Under the pieces are notes generated by a model, which had not been told where the DNA came from, made no database searches, and saw only the letters and a program-made list of their open reading frames with translations. Of a DNA stretch of 64,000 nucleotides, positions 40,282-52,519 are shown one piece after another. The stretch's first letter is position 1, and every line of letters begins with the position of its first letter. Source of the DNA: Octopus sinensis (lineage: Eukaryota); NCBI RefSeq assembly GCF_006345805.1, contig NC_043003.1, forward strand, positions 89,032,001 through 89,096,000. Direction: 5' to 3'. A program made the position numbers and the translations under genes.

Positions 40282-40420
40282 AATTTCATACTTATTGCTA
40301 TTATTGTAGCAGAATAAACTTAGGGAGAAAATACACAAAGCCTACTCCAAATTATAGTGGGCTTTGGGTATTTTCTCCCTAAGTTCATTCTGCTATAATA
40401 ATAGCAATATGCATGTAATT
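40282..40420. repeat. ~140-bp near-perfect palindrome
   Basis: tattgctattattgtagcagaataaacttagggagaaaatacacaaagcctact / agtgggctttgggtattttctccctaagttcattctgctataataatagcaata. Confidence 0.9.
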
Positions 40421-40429
40421 GTCAGGGAG

Positions 40430-43230
40430 ATTGTCAGGCAGACCTGGCATCGACCATGTTTGGATGATGCTCTTTACATGGCACCAGCACAAGAGCTAGT
40501 CAGGGGGCACTGGCATTGGCCATGTTCAGATGGTGTATTTTACGTTCCACTGGCACAGGAGCCAGTCAGGGGTCACTGGCCACAGCTACAATTCATCCCA
40601 TGTCTTCCTGGGTCTACCTCTTCCACAGTTAGGGTGTGGCACTTCCTCACACAGCTGTCTTCATCCATATGTAACACATGACTATACAAGTGCAGTCATC
40701 TCTCTTGCACACCACATTTGATGCTTCTTATGCCCAACTTTTCTCTCAGGGCGCTTATACTCTGTCATGTATGCACACTGACATTACACATTCAGCGAAT
40801 CATGCTAGCTTCATTTCTTTCAAGGCTACGCATGTTTCACTGTTGTGTAGCATGGCAGTTCACACACATGCTTCATACAGTCTACCTTCGATCCTGAGCG
40901 AGAGGCCCTTAGTTGCCAGCAGAGGTAGGAGCTCCCTGAACTTTGGCCAGGCTATTTTTATTCCAGCTGCTACACTCTCAGAGCAACCGTCCCTACTACT
41001 AACTTGGTTACCTAGGTAGCGGAAGCTATCAACTACTTCTAGTTTTTCCACCTGGCATGTGATGGAATCTGTTTCCTCTACATCTTCAGTGTTTATTGCC
41101 CTTGTGCATCTGCTACACACAAAAACTATCTTCCAAGTTAACCCCAAGGACCTTCGTTTCTAGACCTTGCTTCCACACTCTAAACTTTGTCTCTAGTTCT
41201 CATAGTGACTCAGCTATTAAAGCAAGGTCATCAGCATAGAGGAGCTCCCAGGGGCAGCCTGTCTTGAATTCCTCTGTTATTGCCTGGAGGACTATGATGA
41301 ATAAGAGGGGGCTGAGGACTGATCCTTGGTAAACCCCTACTTCTACACTGAATTCTTCACTATACTCATTGCCAACCCTCACCTTACTGACAGCATGCCT
41401 GTACAGGGATTGTACAGCTCTTACCAACCACTAATCTATCCCCAGTTTCCTCACTGACCACCAAATAAGGGATTGGGGGACCCTGTTAGAGGCTTTTTTC
41501 AAGTCAACAAAAGCCAGGTACAGAGGTTTATCTTTGTCTAGATATTTCTCCTACAATTGTCCTACCAGAAATATAGCATCAGTGGTGCTTCTACCAGGCA
41601 CAAAACTGGACTGCATCTAATCAAAGTTAACTCTCTCCCTAATTAGTTGGGCTATGACTCTCTCTGTAACTTTCATCACCTGATCCAATAATTTGATACC
41701 CCTGTAGTTATTTGTATCTAAAGCATCACCTTTACCTTTATAGCAGTTGACTATGGTGCTGCTACACCAGTCATTGGGTACAGCCCCCGCTGCCCAATAT
41801 TTTAAACATCTCAGCAGTGACTCCTGATGGGCCAGGTGCTTTCCTGGTCTTCATATCCTTAATTGCTTTATCTAACAGGGTACTGTCGATTCGGGAAGCT
41901 GGTCCCTCAATTGAGTCTTCTTCTCCCATTCATTGTCCACATTTAGCAGTCTTTCACAATGGCTTCTCCAAGCCTCTTTCTTTGAAGAAGCATTAAATGC
42001 AAGAGCACCATCATCCATGCGGACACATTCCTCTCCTACGACATCATGATTTTCTCTCACTCACTGTCTTGCAATCTGAAATACTTCAGTTCTTCAGTCC
42101 TCATGTCGTTGAATACTGGCAAACTTCTTTTCTGCTACTCCCTTAGCTATATATATTTGTCTCCTAGCTTTCCTTCTAGCTACCCCCACACTTCCAGGCC
42201 TTCCAGGGTTATTTCTTTGCCGTAATGGCCTTGTCTACAGTATTGTTCCACCACCATGTTACCCTAAGTCTGGAAGGGACTTTGCACCAACCACAGATTT
42301 GGTCTGTGGCACTCAGTAAGCTGTCTCACAGAAATTCCCAGCTGCCTTCTATGTCGCAGGATTGTAGCTCCTCCTCCCTATCATCAAATTTCTTGGGAAG
42401 GATATCTCTAAATCTCTGACCCTGTGAAGGGTTCTTAAGCTTCCAAGTCTTCTTTTCCAGATTGGTCTGCCTTTTGGCCTCCTTCTGGCCTTGAGTTTAA
42501 AGTCATTAATAACTAGTCTATGCTGGGGGGTACATTCTTCACAAGGGAGGGTCTTTGTATTTAAGAGCAATCATGCATCCCACTGTCTGGTGAGAATGAA
42601 ATCAATCTGGCCTGCAGAGTCACCTGACTGATAGGTTATCAGGTAGCTGGCTGGCTTTCTCAAGTTGGTGTTGCAGATCAATAGGTTATTAGCATTGTAG
42701 AACTCCATTAGTCTAGTTCTCTCTTCGTTTTGGGAACCAATTCCATAGCCCCTATGTACACCATGAAAGATACCAGGTTGCTGTCCGACATGCCCATTAA
42801 AATCTCCAGGCACTCGTATTTTAGGTAGCCTGCAGAAGAATAACATAAAAGTGATCTTTCTGTTCATTTGGTAGGTCCGCTTGTGGGGCATAAGCAGAGA
42901 TAATTGTAGCCATACCATTCTGCAAGACTAGCCTGAGTTTAAGTACTCTATCGCACACCCTGAGTAGCTCTACGACTTTATCCACCAATTTCTCTGCAAG
43001 AAGTATGCCCACACCCCCCTATTCCATCACTGTTATCTTTCCAGAAGAGTTTATACCTATGTGCTTTGCCTGTGAGGACTCTGGCTGAAGCTCCTCTCTA
43101 CCTCTTGTATGCAACATACATCAACAGTCTCTGTTCAAGCTTCTCTACAATCTCACTAGACCTACCTTTCCATGTGCCTACATTTACAGCGCCAACTCTG
43201 AAAACTGGGAAAGACATATGGGAGGTAACA
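40430..43230 (-). mobile_element. RTE LINE (family A, older subfamily), endonuclease through 3' UTR, with internal deletions
   Basis: 'VNVGTWKGRSSEIVE', 'GDFNGHVG', 'GVYQGSVLSPLLF', 'LLYADDL'. Confidence 0.9.
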
Positions 43231-44650
43231 CAGGAAGGAGAGATGTTATTTAGCACTGAATTATTCTGAAATGTAACTGCAGGATAATTTTCAGACATTT
43301 CTAGTGGCACAATTGATGTATTTTGGTCTGGTGTATTATACTGAGGTGGAGCAGTAAATATTGGAGAAAATGGCTGAGTAGAATTCAAAATTGGTTGTTG
43401 CTCCTGGTGAGTAGAATTAGGAAAAGAACTGCTCTCTGATGAAGTCAAGGATGAATTATCTACAAAATTTTGTTTTCTTGTCTCTCCTGGAAGTGGAATA
43501 TTCATTGTATGTATTGGATTTAACTGCATACAATTGTCATCCATTTTAACTGTTTGCTTTTTTCTCATTTTACTTTTGTTTCTTTCTTGGGGTACAAAGC
43601 AATCCTTGTATTGTCTCTTTGGTAAAGTTATTACTTCATAAACATTATTATTGTAACAATCTGGTGGAGCAAATTCATAATTTCTTTCATCCCGCCTTTG
43701 CTTAAAATATTCTTTTTCTCTTTCAAAGAATTTCTCTTTTCCAATGTCCCCTGAATTTCTTGGAAGAGGTTCAATTCTCTTTACAGGCTCCTCTTTCTGC
43801 TTTACAGATTCCTTTTCTTGTTTTGATTTTTCATCTAAAATGGTTGTTGGCTCCTGCATTTTGGATGGTAAGCAAAGTTTAGCTCTTAGAAGATCTTTGA
43901 TTTTTTTAGACAGGCTGCCATCATAGCATCACGCTTTTGATTTAATAATTCCTGTTTGGTTCTTTCTTCTTTTGTCTGGTGTGTCTTTCTGCTTCTTCTT
44001 TAGAGAAATGGAAATAACCAACTCCATGAGTTCGAACCTCATGAAATCTGATATTTGCATAATGAATTGGACCAATCAGTCCGTCAACAGCCTTTCTTCA
44101 GCATCCCATTTTTCATGTAGCATTTGTCGATACCTTTCTTGTGGATCAAGTATTTCAGATGATTTATCTGATTCACTATTAGATTTACTTTGAATTTCTT
44201 GAGAATTTCTATTGGTAGGAAGCAAGCCTAATTCTTTGTCTCTTTCCTGCATAAATTTTAAATCTTTCTTCAAACAAGTCTGAGTTCTTCCTAAACTATC
44301 TGTATACTCAATCTATTGTTCTTCAGGGTCATCAGTTGAACAATCAAACTCTTGTTCTATTTCCTCTGATGAAACCTTGTTTTTCACTAGAGAGTTTATC
44401 AATGGCTTTCTTTTGAAAATCAGCAAGGAAAATTTGGCTCCCATCTTCATCAGGAATATTTTGATTGTTAGCTATTTTCTCATAGAGTTGGCTTTTTAAT
44501 TCATATTGTCTGTTTTGCAGTTGTTTTCCTTTTAATGGAATTAACTGGTGCAAATTTAAGTTTTTCTTTCTTGAACTCTTCTTCTTTCCCCAAAAGTTCT
44601 GCTTTCAGTTCAATCAACCCAGCTGTACTAACGTTAAACATTTTACTTTC
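43230..44650 (-). pseudogene. CCDC174: Processed (intronless) CCDC174 retrocopy with stops and frameshifts
   Basis: 'VSTAGLIELKAELLGKEEEFKKEKL', 'LYEK..FLADFQKK', 'EYTDSLGRTQTCLKKDL', 'GPIHYANIRFHEVRTHGVGYFHFS', 'DIGKE', 'RDERNYEFAPP'. These match CCDC174 motifs as I recall them, in order and without introns. Confidence 0.85.
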
Positions 44651-44684
44651 TACACAGAAACACCAATATGTATATATAATACAT

Positions 44685-45185
44685 ATCTATATACATAAAA
44701 GTGAGAATGTGTTTGTCTGTCTGTATGTGTGCATCACTAAAACCAATTTCATTAAAATTTTACATATACCTTAATTAGGGTCCATGCAGTGTCAGGGGCT
44801 GAAAAAATTTTCAACCTCTTGCCTAATGTGAGACCAGAACAATCTCTTATCTCTTACACTGTACACGGGTCAAAGGTGAAACAACAACATCTCTATTGTA
44901 ACGTGATATAATACTTTCACTATTATATGGTTTCAATTTCAAAAAGGCAGAAGCGTTAGCACGCCAGGCGAAATGCGTAGCCGTATTTTGTCTGCCGTTA
45001 CGTCCTGAGTTCAAATTCCGCCGAGGTCGACTTTGCCTTTCATCCTTTCGGAGTACCAGTTACGTACTGGGGTCTATGTAACCGACTTAATCTGTTTGTC
45101 TGTCTTTGTTTGTCCCCTCTATGTTTAGCCCCTTGTGGGTAATAAAGAAACATATATGGTTTCAATTTCAATTACTTTCATTATG
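44685..45185 (+). mobile_element. Helitron 5' fragment related to the 28245/56934 family, interrupted by a SINE
   Basis: a-tctatatacataaaagtgagaatgtg... matches the family's 5' end. Confidence 0.6.
44943..45152 (+). mobile_element. tRNA-derived SINE with a 19-bp target-site duplication
   Basis: TSD tatatggtttcaatttcaa at 44924-44942 and 45153-45171. B-box-like gagttcaaattcc. Confidence 0.85.
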
Positions 45186-45495
45186 TATTTATTTACATGT
45201 TTGTATATGTATGTGTGTGTGTGTGTATATATATATATGTGTTTGTGTGTGTGTGTGTATATATTTATATGTATGTGTATATATATATGTATATGTGTGC
45301 ATATATATATAACTGTATATATATTTATATATTTATGTGTATATGTGTGTGCCTATATATATAAGAATATATGTATATGTATATTTATGTATATATATGT
45401 ATGTATATATGAATATATATACAGTACTCAGTCAAATCATCCAACACATGCTAGCATAGAAAGCGGATGTTAAACGATGATGATAATGATATATG

Positions 45496-45576
<81 letters not shown>

Positions 45577-45805
45577 TATACATACATACACATACATACT
45601 TATACATACATATACATATATGTATATACATACATATATACATATATATATATATACATACACATATGTGCATATATATGTACACATACATATATACATA
45701 CATATACATCTATATATATATACATATACATACATATATGTATATATATGTATGTATATGTATATATATATATATATAGATGTATATGTATGTATATATG
45801 TATGT

Positions 45806-48194
45806 GTACATGTCCGCATGGATGATGGGGCACTTGCTTTTACTGTTAGTGAAAAGAAAGAGGCTTGGAGAAGCCATTATGAAAGACTGCTGAATGAGGA
45901 GAATGAATGGGAGGAGGAGAGCCTGCCAAATGTTGACCCAGTAGAGGGACCAGCTACCCGAATAGAGAGCTCCCTTGTAGTTAAGGCAATTAAGGATATG
46001 AAACCAGGTAAAGCCCCCGGCCCATCAGGAATCACTGCTGAGATGCTTAAAACAGCTGGCTATGTGGGCTATGGCCTAGTCACCCGCATTGTAAACCAGG
46101 TAGTTCATAATGGAGTCATACCCAATGACTGGTGTAGCAGCACCATAGTCAACTGCTACAAGGGTAAGGGTGATGCGCTAGATAGAAATAACTACAGGGG
46201 TATCAAACTTGGATCAGGTGATGAAGGTCACAGAGAGGGTCATAACCCATCTCATTAGGGAGAGAATTTGCTTAGATGAGATGCAGTTCGGTTTTGTGCC
46301 AGGTAGAAGCACCACTGATGCTATATTCCTGGTCCGACAACTGCAGGAGAAGTACCTAGCTAAAGATAAACCCCTCTACATAGCTTTTGTGGACTTGGAG
46401 AAAGCCTTTGACAGGGTTCCCCGTTCCCTTATCTGGTGGTCGATGCGGAAACTGGAGATTGACGAATGGCTAATAAGGGTTGTACAGGCTCTATACAGAG
46501 AGGCTGTCAGCAAGGTTAGGATTGGCAACGAATATAGTGAAGAATTCCGGGTAGAAGTAGGTGTGCACCAAGGCTCAGCCCTCAGTCCCCTTTTATTCAT
46601 CATAGTCCTCCAGGCAATAACAGAGGAATTCAAAACAGGATGCCCCTGGGAGCTCCTCTATGCTGATGACCTGGCTCTCATAGCAGAATCACTACCGGAA
46701 CTAGAAAAGAAGTTTCGGGTGTGGAAGCAAGGGTTAGAATCAAAGGGCCTTAGAGTAAATGTAGCAAAGACCAAAGTTATAGTAAGCAGAAAGGTGAACT
46801 CAGCACACACCCCTTCGGGCAGGTGGCCCTGCTCGATCTGTAGGCAAGGTGTAGGTAGAAACTCCATAAGATGCACCCAATGGAAGCTATGGATGCACAA
46901 GAGGTGCAGCAACATTAAAGGGAAATTAACAGATAAGATAGCTTTCATGTGCGGCAGATGCACAGGGACAATAGACTCCACAGACACTCAGAAAACAGAT
47001 TCCATCACACTCCAGGGTGAGAAACTAGAAGTAGTTGATAGTTTCCGCTACCTGGGTGACCAAGTTAGTAGTGGAGGTGGATGCACAGAGAGTATCACCA
47101 CTAGAATACGAATAGCCTGGGCAAAGTTTAAAAAGCTCCTACCCCTACTGGCAACAAAGGGTCTCTCGCTCAGAGCAAAAGGTAGATTGTATGATGCATG
47201 TGTGCGAACGGCCATGCTTCACGGTAGTGAAACATGGGCTGTGACTGCAGAGGACATGCGTAGACTTGAAAGAAATGAAGCTAGCATGATCCGCTGGATG
47301 TGTAATGTCAGTGTGCACGCACGACAGAGTGTAAGCACTCTGAGAGAAATGCTGGATATAAGAAGCATCAGATGTGGTGTGCAAGAGCGATGCTTGTGAT
47401 GGTATGGTCATGTGCTGCGGATGGATGAGGAGAGATGTGTGAAGAAGTGCCACTCCAAATCAGTTGAAGGTATCAGGGGGAGAGGTAGACCCAGGAAGAC
47501 ATGGGATGAGGTAGTCAAGCATGACCTCAGAGCGTTGGGCCTCAATGAGGCAATGGCGAAGGACTGAGATCTCTGGAGATATGCTGTGACTGCAAAGACC
47601 CGGGCTGCTTCCTGCATCAGTTCCGCATAGCCCCTGCCCATTCAAAGTACCCTGGATCCCAGAACGTCCAGCCGTGCTTGAGGAGACCTGTTGAGTCAAG
47701 TACATGAACATGAACGTCGAAATAAATATCAATGGAAATAGTAGTTGTGATGGCTGTGCTGGTGGCACATAAAAAGCACTATCCGAACGTGGCCGATGCC
47801 AGCGCTGCCCCGACTGGCTTCTGTGCCGGTGGCACATAAAAAGCACCATCCGAACGTGGCCGATGCCAGCGCCGCTCCGACTGGCTCCTGTGCCGGTGGC
47901 ACATAAAAAGACCATCCGAACGTTGCCAGTGCTGCCTTGGCTGGCTCCCGAGCCGCTGGCACGTTAAAAGCTCCAACCGATCGTGGCCGATGCTGCCCCC
48001 CCCCCCTGACACCTGTGCAGGTGGCACGTAAAAAGCACCCACTACACTCGCAGAGTGGTTGGCGTTAGGAAGGGCCTCCAGCCGTAGAAACTCTGCCAGA
48101 TCAGACTGGAGCCTGGAGCAACCCCTGGCTTCCCAGACCCCGGTCGAACCGTCCAACCCGTGCTAGCGTGGAAAACGGACGTTAAACGATGATG

Positions 48195-48196
<2 letters not shown>
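45806..48196 (+). mobile_element. Young 5'-truncated RTE LINE (family A) with a nearly intact RT
   Basis: 396-aa ORF with 'DLEKAFD', 'GVHQGSALSPLLF' and 'YADDL'. One frameshift near 46210 and stops near the 3' end. 3' UTR has ~60-bp tandem repeats and a (gat)n tail. Confidence 0.95.
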
Positions 48197-48233
<37 letters not shown>

Positions 48234-48281
48234 ATATACATATATGTATATGTATGTATAAGTATGTATATGTATGTATAC

Positions 48282-48333
<52 letters not shown>

Positions 48334-48345
48334 ATATATGTTTTT

Positions 48346-48640
48346 CATTATCATCATTGTTTAACACCCGCTTTCTATGCTAGCATGTGTTGGATGATTT
48401 GACTGAGTACTAGCGAACCAGATGGCTGCACCAGACTCCAATCTTGATCTGGCTGCATGCCCTTCCTAATGCCAACCACTTCGAGAGTGTAGTGGGTAAT
48501 TGTATGTGCCACCGGCATGAGAGCCAGTCAGGCGGTACTGGCAAAGCCATGCTCAAATGGTGTTTTTTACATGCCACCTGCACAGGAGCCAGTCCAGCGG
48601 CACTGGCAGCGACCTTGCTCAAATGTTTATTCACCTTCAA
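48346..48640 (-). mobile_element. RTE LINE 3' UTR fragment
   Basis: Homologous to the family A 3' end. Confidence 0.75.
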
Positions 48641-48978
48641 TTAACATAAACTCTTTAATTTTAAAATAAAAGTATACTTTTCTTAGGCTTAAATGATAGG
48701 AAAATGCATGAAGAATTCAGAGTCGTTAGTTGGATTGAACATAAATTAGTCGAAGAAAAGTTATGGGGTGAAATGCCATGAAATTTCATGTTAGTAAGTA
48801 AGAGAGTAAGGAAGTAACGCTTAGCAATAGGAATAAAGAATATATTGCTAAAATGAATGTTTACGTGCTAAGGCAGCGAACTGGCTGAAACGTTAGTGTA
48901 CCGAGCAAAATGCTTAGTGGTATTTTGCCTGTGTTTACATTTTGAGTTCAAATTCTGCCGAAGTTGACTTTGCTTTTT

Positions 48979-49639
48979 ATTATAAACCTGGAAAAGTACA
49001 GTACAAGTTATTACACCTGTAAAAGTATAGGAAAACTATAACTTCAAGTAAAGTAAAGAATAAGAAAGTTTTTACTTAAAACATTGCAGCTAAAATTAAA
49101 ATTTGAATATAGGCACAGGAGTGGCTGTGTGGTAAGTAGCTTGCTTACCAACTACATGGCTCCAGGTTCAGTCCTACTGCATGGCACCTTGGGCAAGTGT
49201 CTTCTACTATAGCCTATAACCGATAGAATAAGTACTAGGCTTACAAAAAATAAGTCCTGGGGTCGACTTGCTCAACTAGAGGTGGTGCTATAGCATGGCT
49301 GCAGTCAAATGACTGAAACAACAAGTAAAATAAGTTAAAAATATTTTATTATAGTTTACAAATAACACTATACTTATTTAAGTAGAATTTGGCTAATTTA
49401 CTACCTTAAATACAGGAAAAAAGTGACTAATTAGACAAACTTACAAATTAGCTGAACAGTTTTGTACAATAAATTTAAAAGATGAGAACTGTAAAGAGGA
49501 ATAAATTAGAAGAACCGGCATTCTTTGCTGCAATATTTTAAGTAAAAAGTTTCTTATTCTTTACTTTACAAGAAGTAATAGCTTGTCCTATACTTTTCCA
49601 GGTGTTATAACTTGTCCTGTACTTTTCCAGGTTTATAAT
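48979..49639. mobile_element. MITE-like element with ~112-bp TIRs containing subrepeats; SINE nested at 49111-49330
   Basis: attataaacctggaaaagtaca...acattgcagc (48979-49090) versus gctgcaatat...cttttccaggtttataat (49527-49639). Confidence 0.8.
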
Positions 49640-49702
49640 CTTAAGAATATTACTTTTCATGCTCACATTTTTCCATGTAATATGTATATGTGTATATATT
49701 GA

Positions 49703-51780
49703 GTGCCACAGACCAAGTCTGTGGCTAGTGCAAAGTCCCTTCCAGATCTAGAGTTACGTGGTGGAAATAGTATGGTAGACAAAGTTTTTAGGGCAAAGAA
49801 ACAGGCCTGGAAAGCCTGGAAGGAAAGGAGTAGCAGGGAAGGGTACCAGGTAGCCAAAATGGAGGCTGGGCGGCAGGTATACATAGCCAGGAGTGAAGCA
49901 GAAAAGAAGAAGTTTGCCAATGTTCAGAGATGTAAGGACCAAAGAACTGAGGTATTTCAGATTGCAAAACAGTGTGTGAGAGAAAATTGTGATGTCACAG
50001 GAGAGAAATGTGTTCGAATGGATGATGGTGCACTTGCTTTTAATGGTTCTGAAAAGAAAGAGGCTTGGAGAAGCCATTATGAAAGACTGCTGAATGTGGA
50101 GAATGGGAGGAGGAGAGCCTGCCAAATGTTGACCCAGTAGAAGGACCAGTTATCCATATAGATAGCTCCCTTGTAGATAAAGCAATTAAGGGTATGAAGC
50201 CAGGAAAAGCCCCCCGCCCATCAGGAATCACTGTTGAGATGCTTAAAACATCTGGTAGTGTGGGCTATGGCCTAGTCACCCGCATTGTAAATCAGGTAGT
50301 TCATGATGGAGTCACACCCAACAACTGGTGTAGCAGCACCATAGTCAACTGCTACACGGGTAAAGGTGATGCTCTAGGTAGAAATAACTACAGGGGTATC
50401 AGACATCTGGATCAGGTAATGAAGATCACGGAGAGGGTCATAGTCCATCTCATCAGGGAGAGAGTCTGCTTAGACGAGATGCAGTTCGGTTTTGTGCCGG
50501 GTAGAAACACCACTGATGCTATATTCCTGGTTCGACAATTGCAGGAGAAATATCTAGCCAAAGATAAACCCCTATACTTAGCTTTTGTGGACTTGGAGAA
50601 AGCCTTTGACAGGGTCCCCTGATCCCTTATCTGGTGGGCAATGCAGAAACTGGGGATTGACGAATGGTTAATAAGGGCTGTACAGGCTCTATACAGAGAG
50701 GCTGTCAGCAAGGTTAGGATTGGCAACGAATATAGTGAAGAATTCCGGGTAGAAGTAGGTGTGCACCAAGGCTCAGCCCTCAGTCCCCTTTTATTCATCA
50801 TAGTCCTCCAGGCTATAACAGAGGAATTCAAGACGGGTTACCCGTGGGAGCTCCTCTATGCTGATGACCTAGCCCTCGTAGCAGAATCACTACCGGAACT
50901 AGAGAAGAAATTTTGTGTGTGGAAGCTAGGTTTAGAATCAAAAGGCCTTAGAGTCAATGTAGCAAAGACCAAAGTTCTAGTAAGTAGGAAGACAAACTCA
51001 CCACACACCCCTTTAGGTAGAGGTAGACCCAGGAAGACATGGGACGAGGTGGTCAAGCATGACCTTCACACATTGGACCTCACAGAGGCTATGATGAAAG
51101 ACCGAGACCTCTGGAGATATGCTGTGACTTCGAAGACCTGACAAATGAAGTGAGTTCATGGCTTGCAGAATGGCCTGCTGCACTTGAGGAGACCTATTGT
51201 GTCAAGTACATCAACATCAAAATATAAATTGTATGGATATTGTAGTCGTGATACCCATGCTGGTGGCAAGTTGGGCCATACAGAGGAAATGATGAAGACT
51301 GAGACTTCTGAGATATGCTGTGACTGTGAAGACCTAACAAATGAAGTGAGTTCATGCCTCGCAGAATGGCCTGCTGTGATTGTAGAGTGACCCGCTGTTC
51401 TTGAGGAGACCTATTGAGTCAAGTACGTCAACACCAACATCAAAATAAAAATCAAATGGAAATTGTAGTTAAGATACCCATGCAGGTTACATGTAAAAAG
51501 CGCCGTCTGAACGTGGAAGATGCCAGCACCGCCTGACTGGTGTCCGTGTCGGTGGTATGTAAAAGCACCAACCGGTCGTGGCTGTTTGCCAGCCTCCTTT
51601 GGCCCCTGTGCTGGTGGCACGGAGTGGTTGGCATTAGGATGGGCATCCAGCTGTAGAAACACAGCTGGATCAGACTGGAGCCTGGTGCAGCTTCCTGGTG
51701 CAGCCTCCTGGCTTCCCAGACCCCAGCTGAACTGTCCAACCCATGTTAGCATGGAAAACGGATGTTAAACGATGATGATG
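49703..51780 (+). mobile_element. RTE LINE (family A), 5'-truncated with an internal deletion
   Basis: RT ORFs at 50194-51141 and 3' tail gttaaac(gat)n. Confidence 0.9.
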
Positions 51781-51794
51781 TATATATACATTTA

Positions 51795-51844
<50 letters not shown>

Positions 51845-52359
51845 GATGATATATATATATATATGTTTCACACCCCACCACACCCCAACACCACCATATT
51901 ATGCCACACCGCACCACACAACACATCGTCCCACCCTGCACACACTAGCATTGACCACTTTCCAGCACCCACACCATCATCCACATACCTATACATGCAC
52001 ACATCCACATGTCAAGGTCACCAGCCCCAATCCACATGCCCACACACACACATGCGCACCTTCGTTTTGGGATCACCACTACTTTATTATGTTCCCCTCT
52101 TCCTAGCTCTCCTGTCTGGCCACCTCTGTGCAGCCAGCCAGCCACCATGATCAACTAAAGCTTTTTTTATTATCTGTTTATTTTCTCGTGTTCCTTTCTG
52201 TTGCAGAGTGTAGGCTCAAAGCATAAAAGACTCTCTCACCTTCTTGAGTGTTAAACTAATACACCTGTTTGTTGTTTATACACCTGTCTTTGTCTTTGGT
52301 TTCTTTGTAAATTCCAACTATATATTGCATGCTCACGTGGTCGCACCAGCTTTATCCTG

Positions 52360-52515
52360 TTTTTACCTCCTACACTTCGGACTTCTACCTGGATTTTCTA
52401 CACTTCCTACACTTTGGGACTTCTACCTGGATTTTCTACACCTCCTACATTTCGGACTTCTACCTGGATTTTCTACACTTCCTACACTTCGGATTTCTAC
52501 CTGGATTTTCTACAC
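52360..52515 (+). repeat. ~37-bp minisatellite, ~4 copies
   Basis: Unit ggattttctacacttcctacacttcggacttctacct. Confidence 0.85.
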
Positions 52516-52519
52516 GCAT

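Noticed and set aside
45106-45833. Many YI/HT/CV-rich ORFs here and elsewhere (e.g. 6143-7864, 32478-32864)
   Set aside because: Microsatellite translation artefacts.
47740-48030. ~60-bp repeats (ggtggcacataaaaagcaccatccgaacgtggccgatgcc) that superficially resemble a CRISPR array
   Set aside because: They are tandem repeats of the LINE 3' UTR present in other copies, with no unique spacers, in a eukaryotic context.
52194-52230. Possible hammerhead relic upstream of the PLE (gagtgtaggctc hairpin)
   Set aside because: Both core strands are degenerate.
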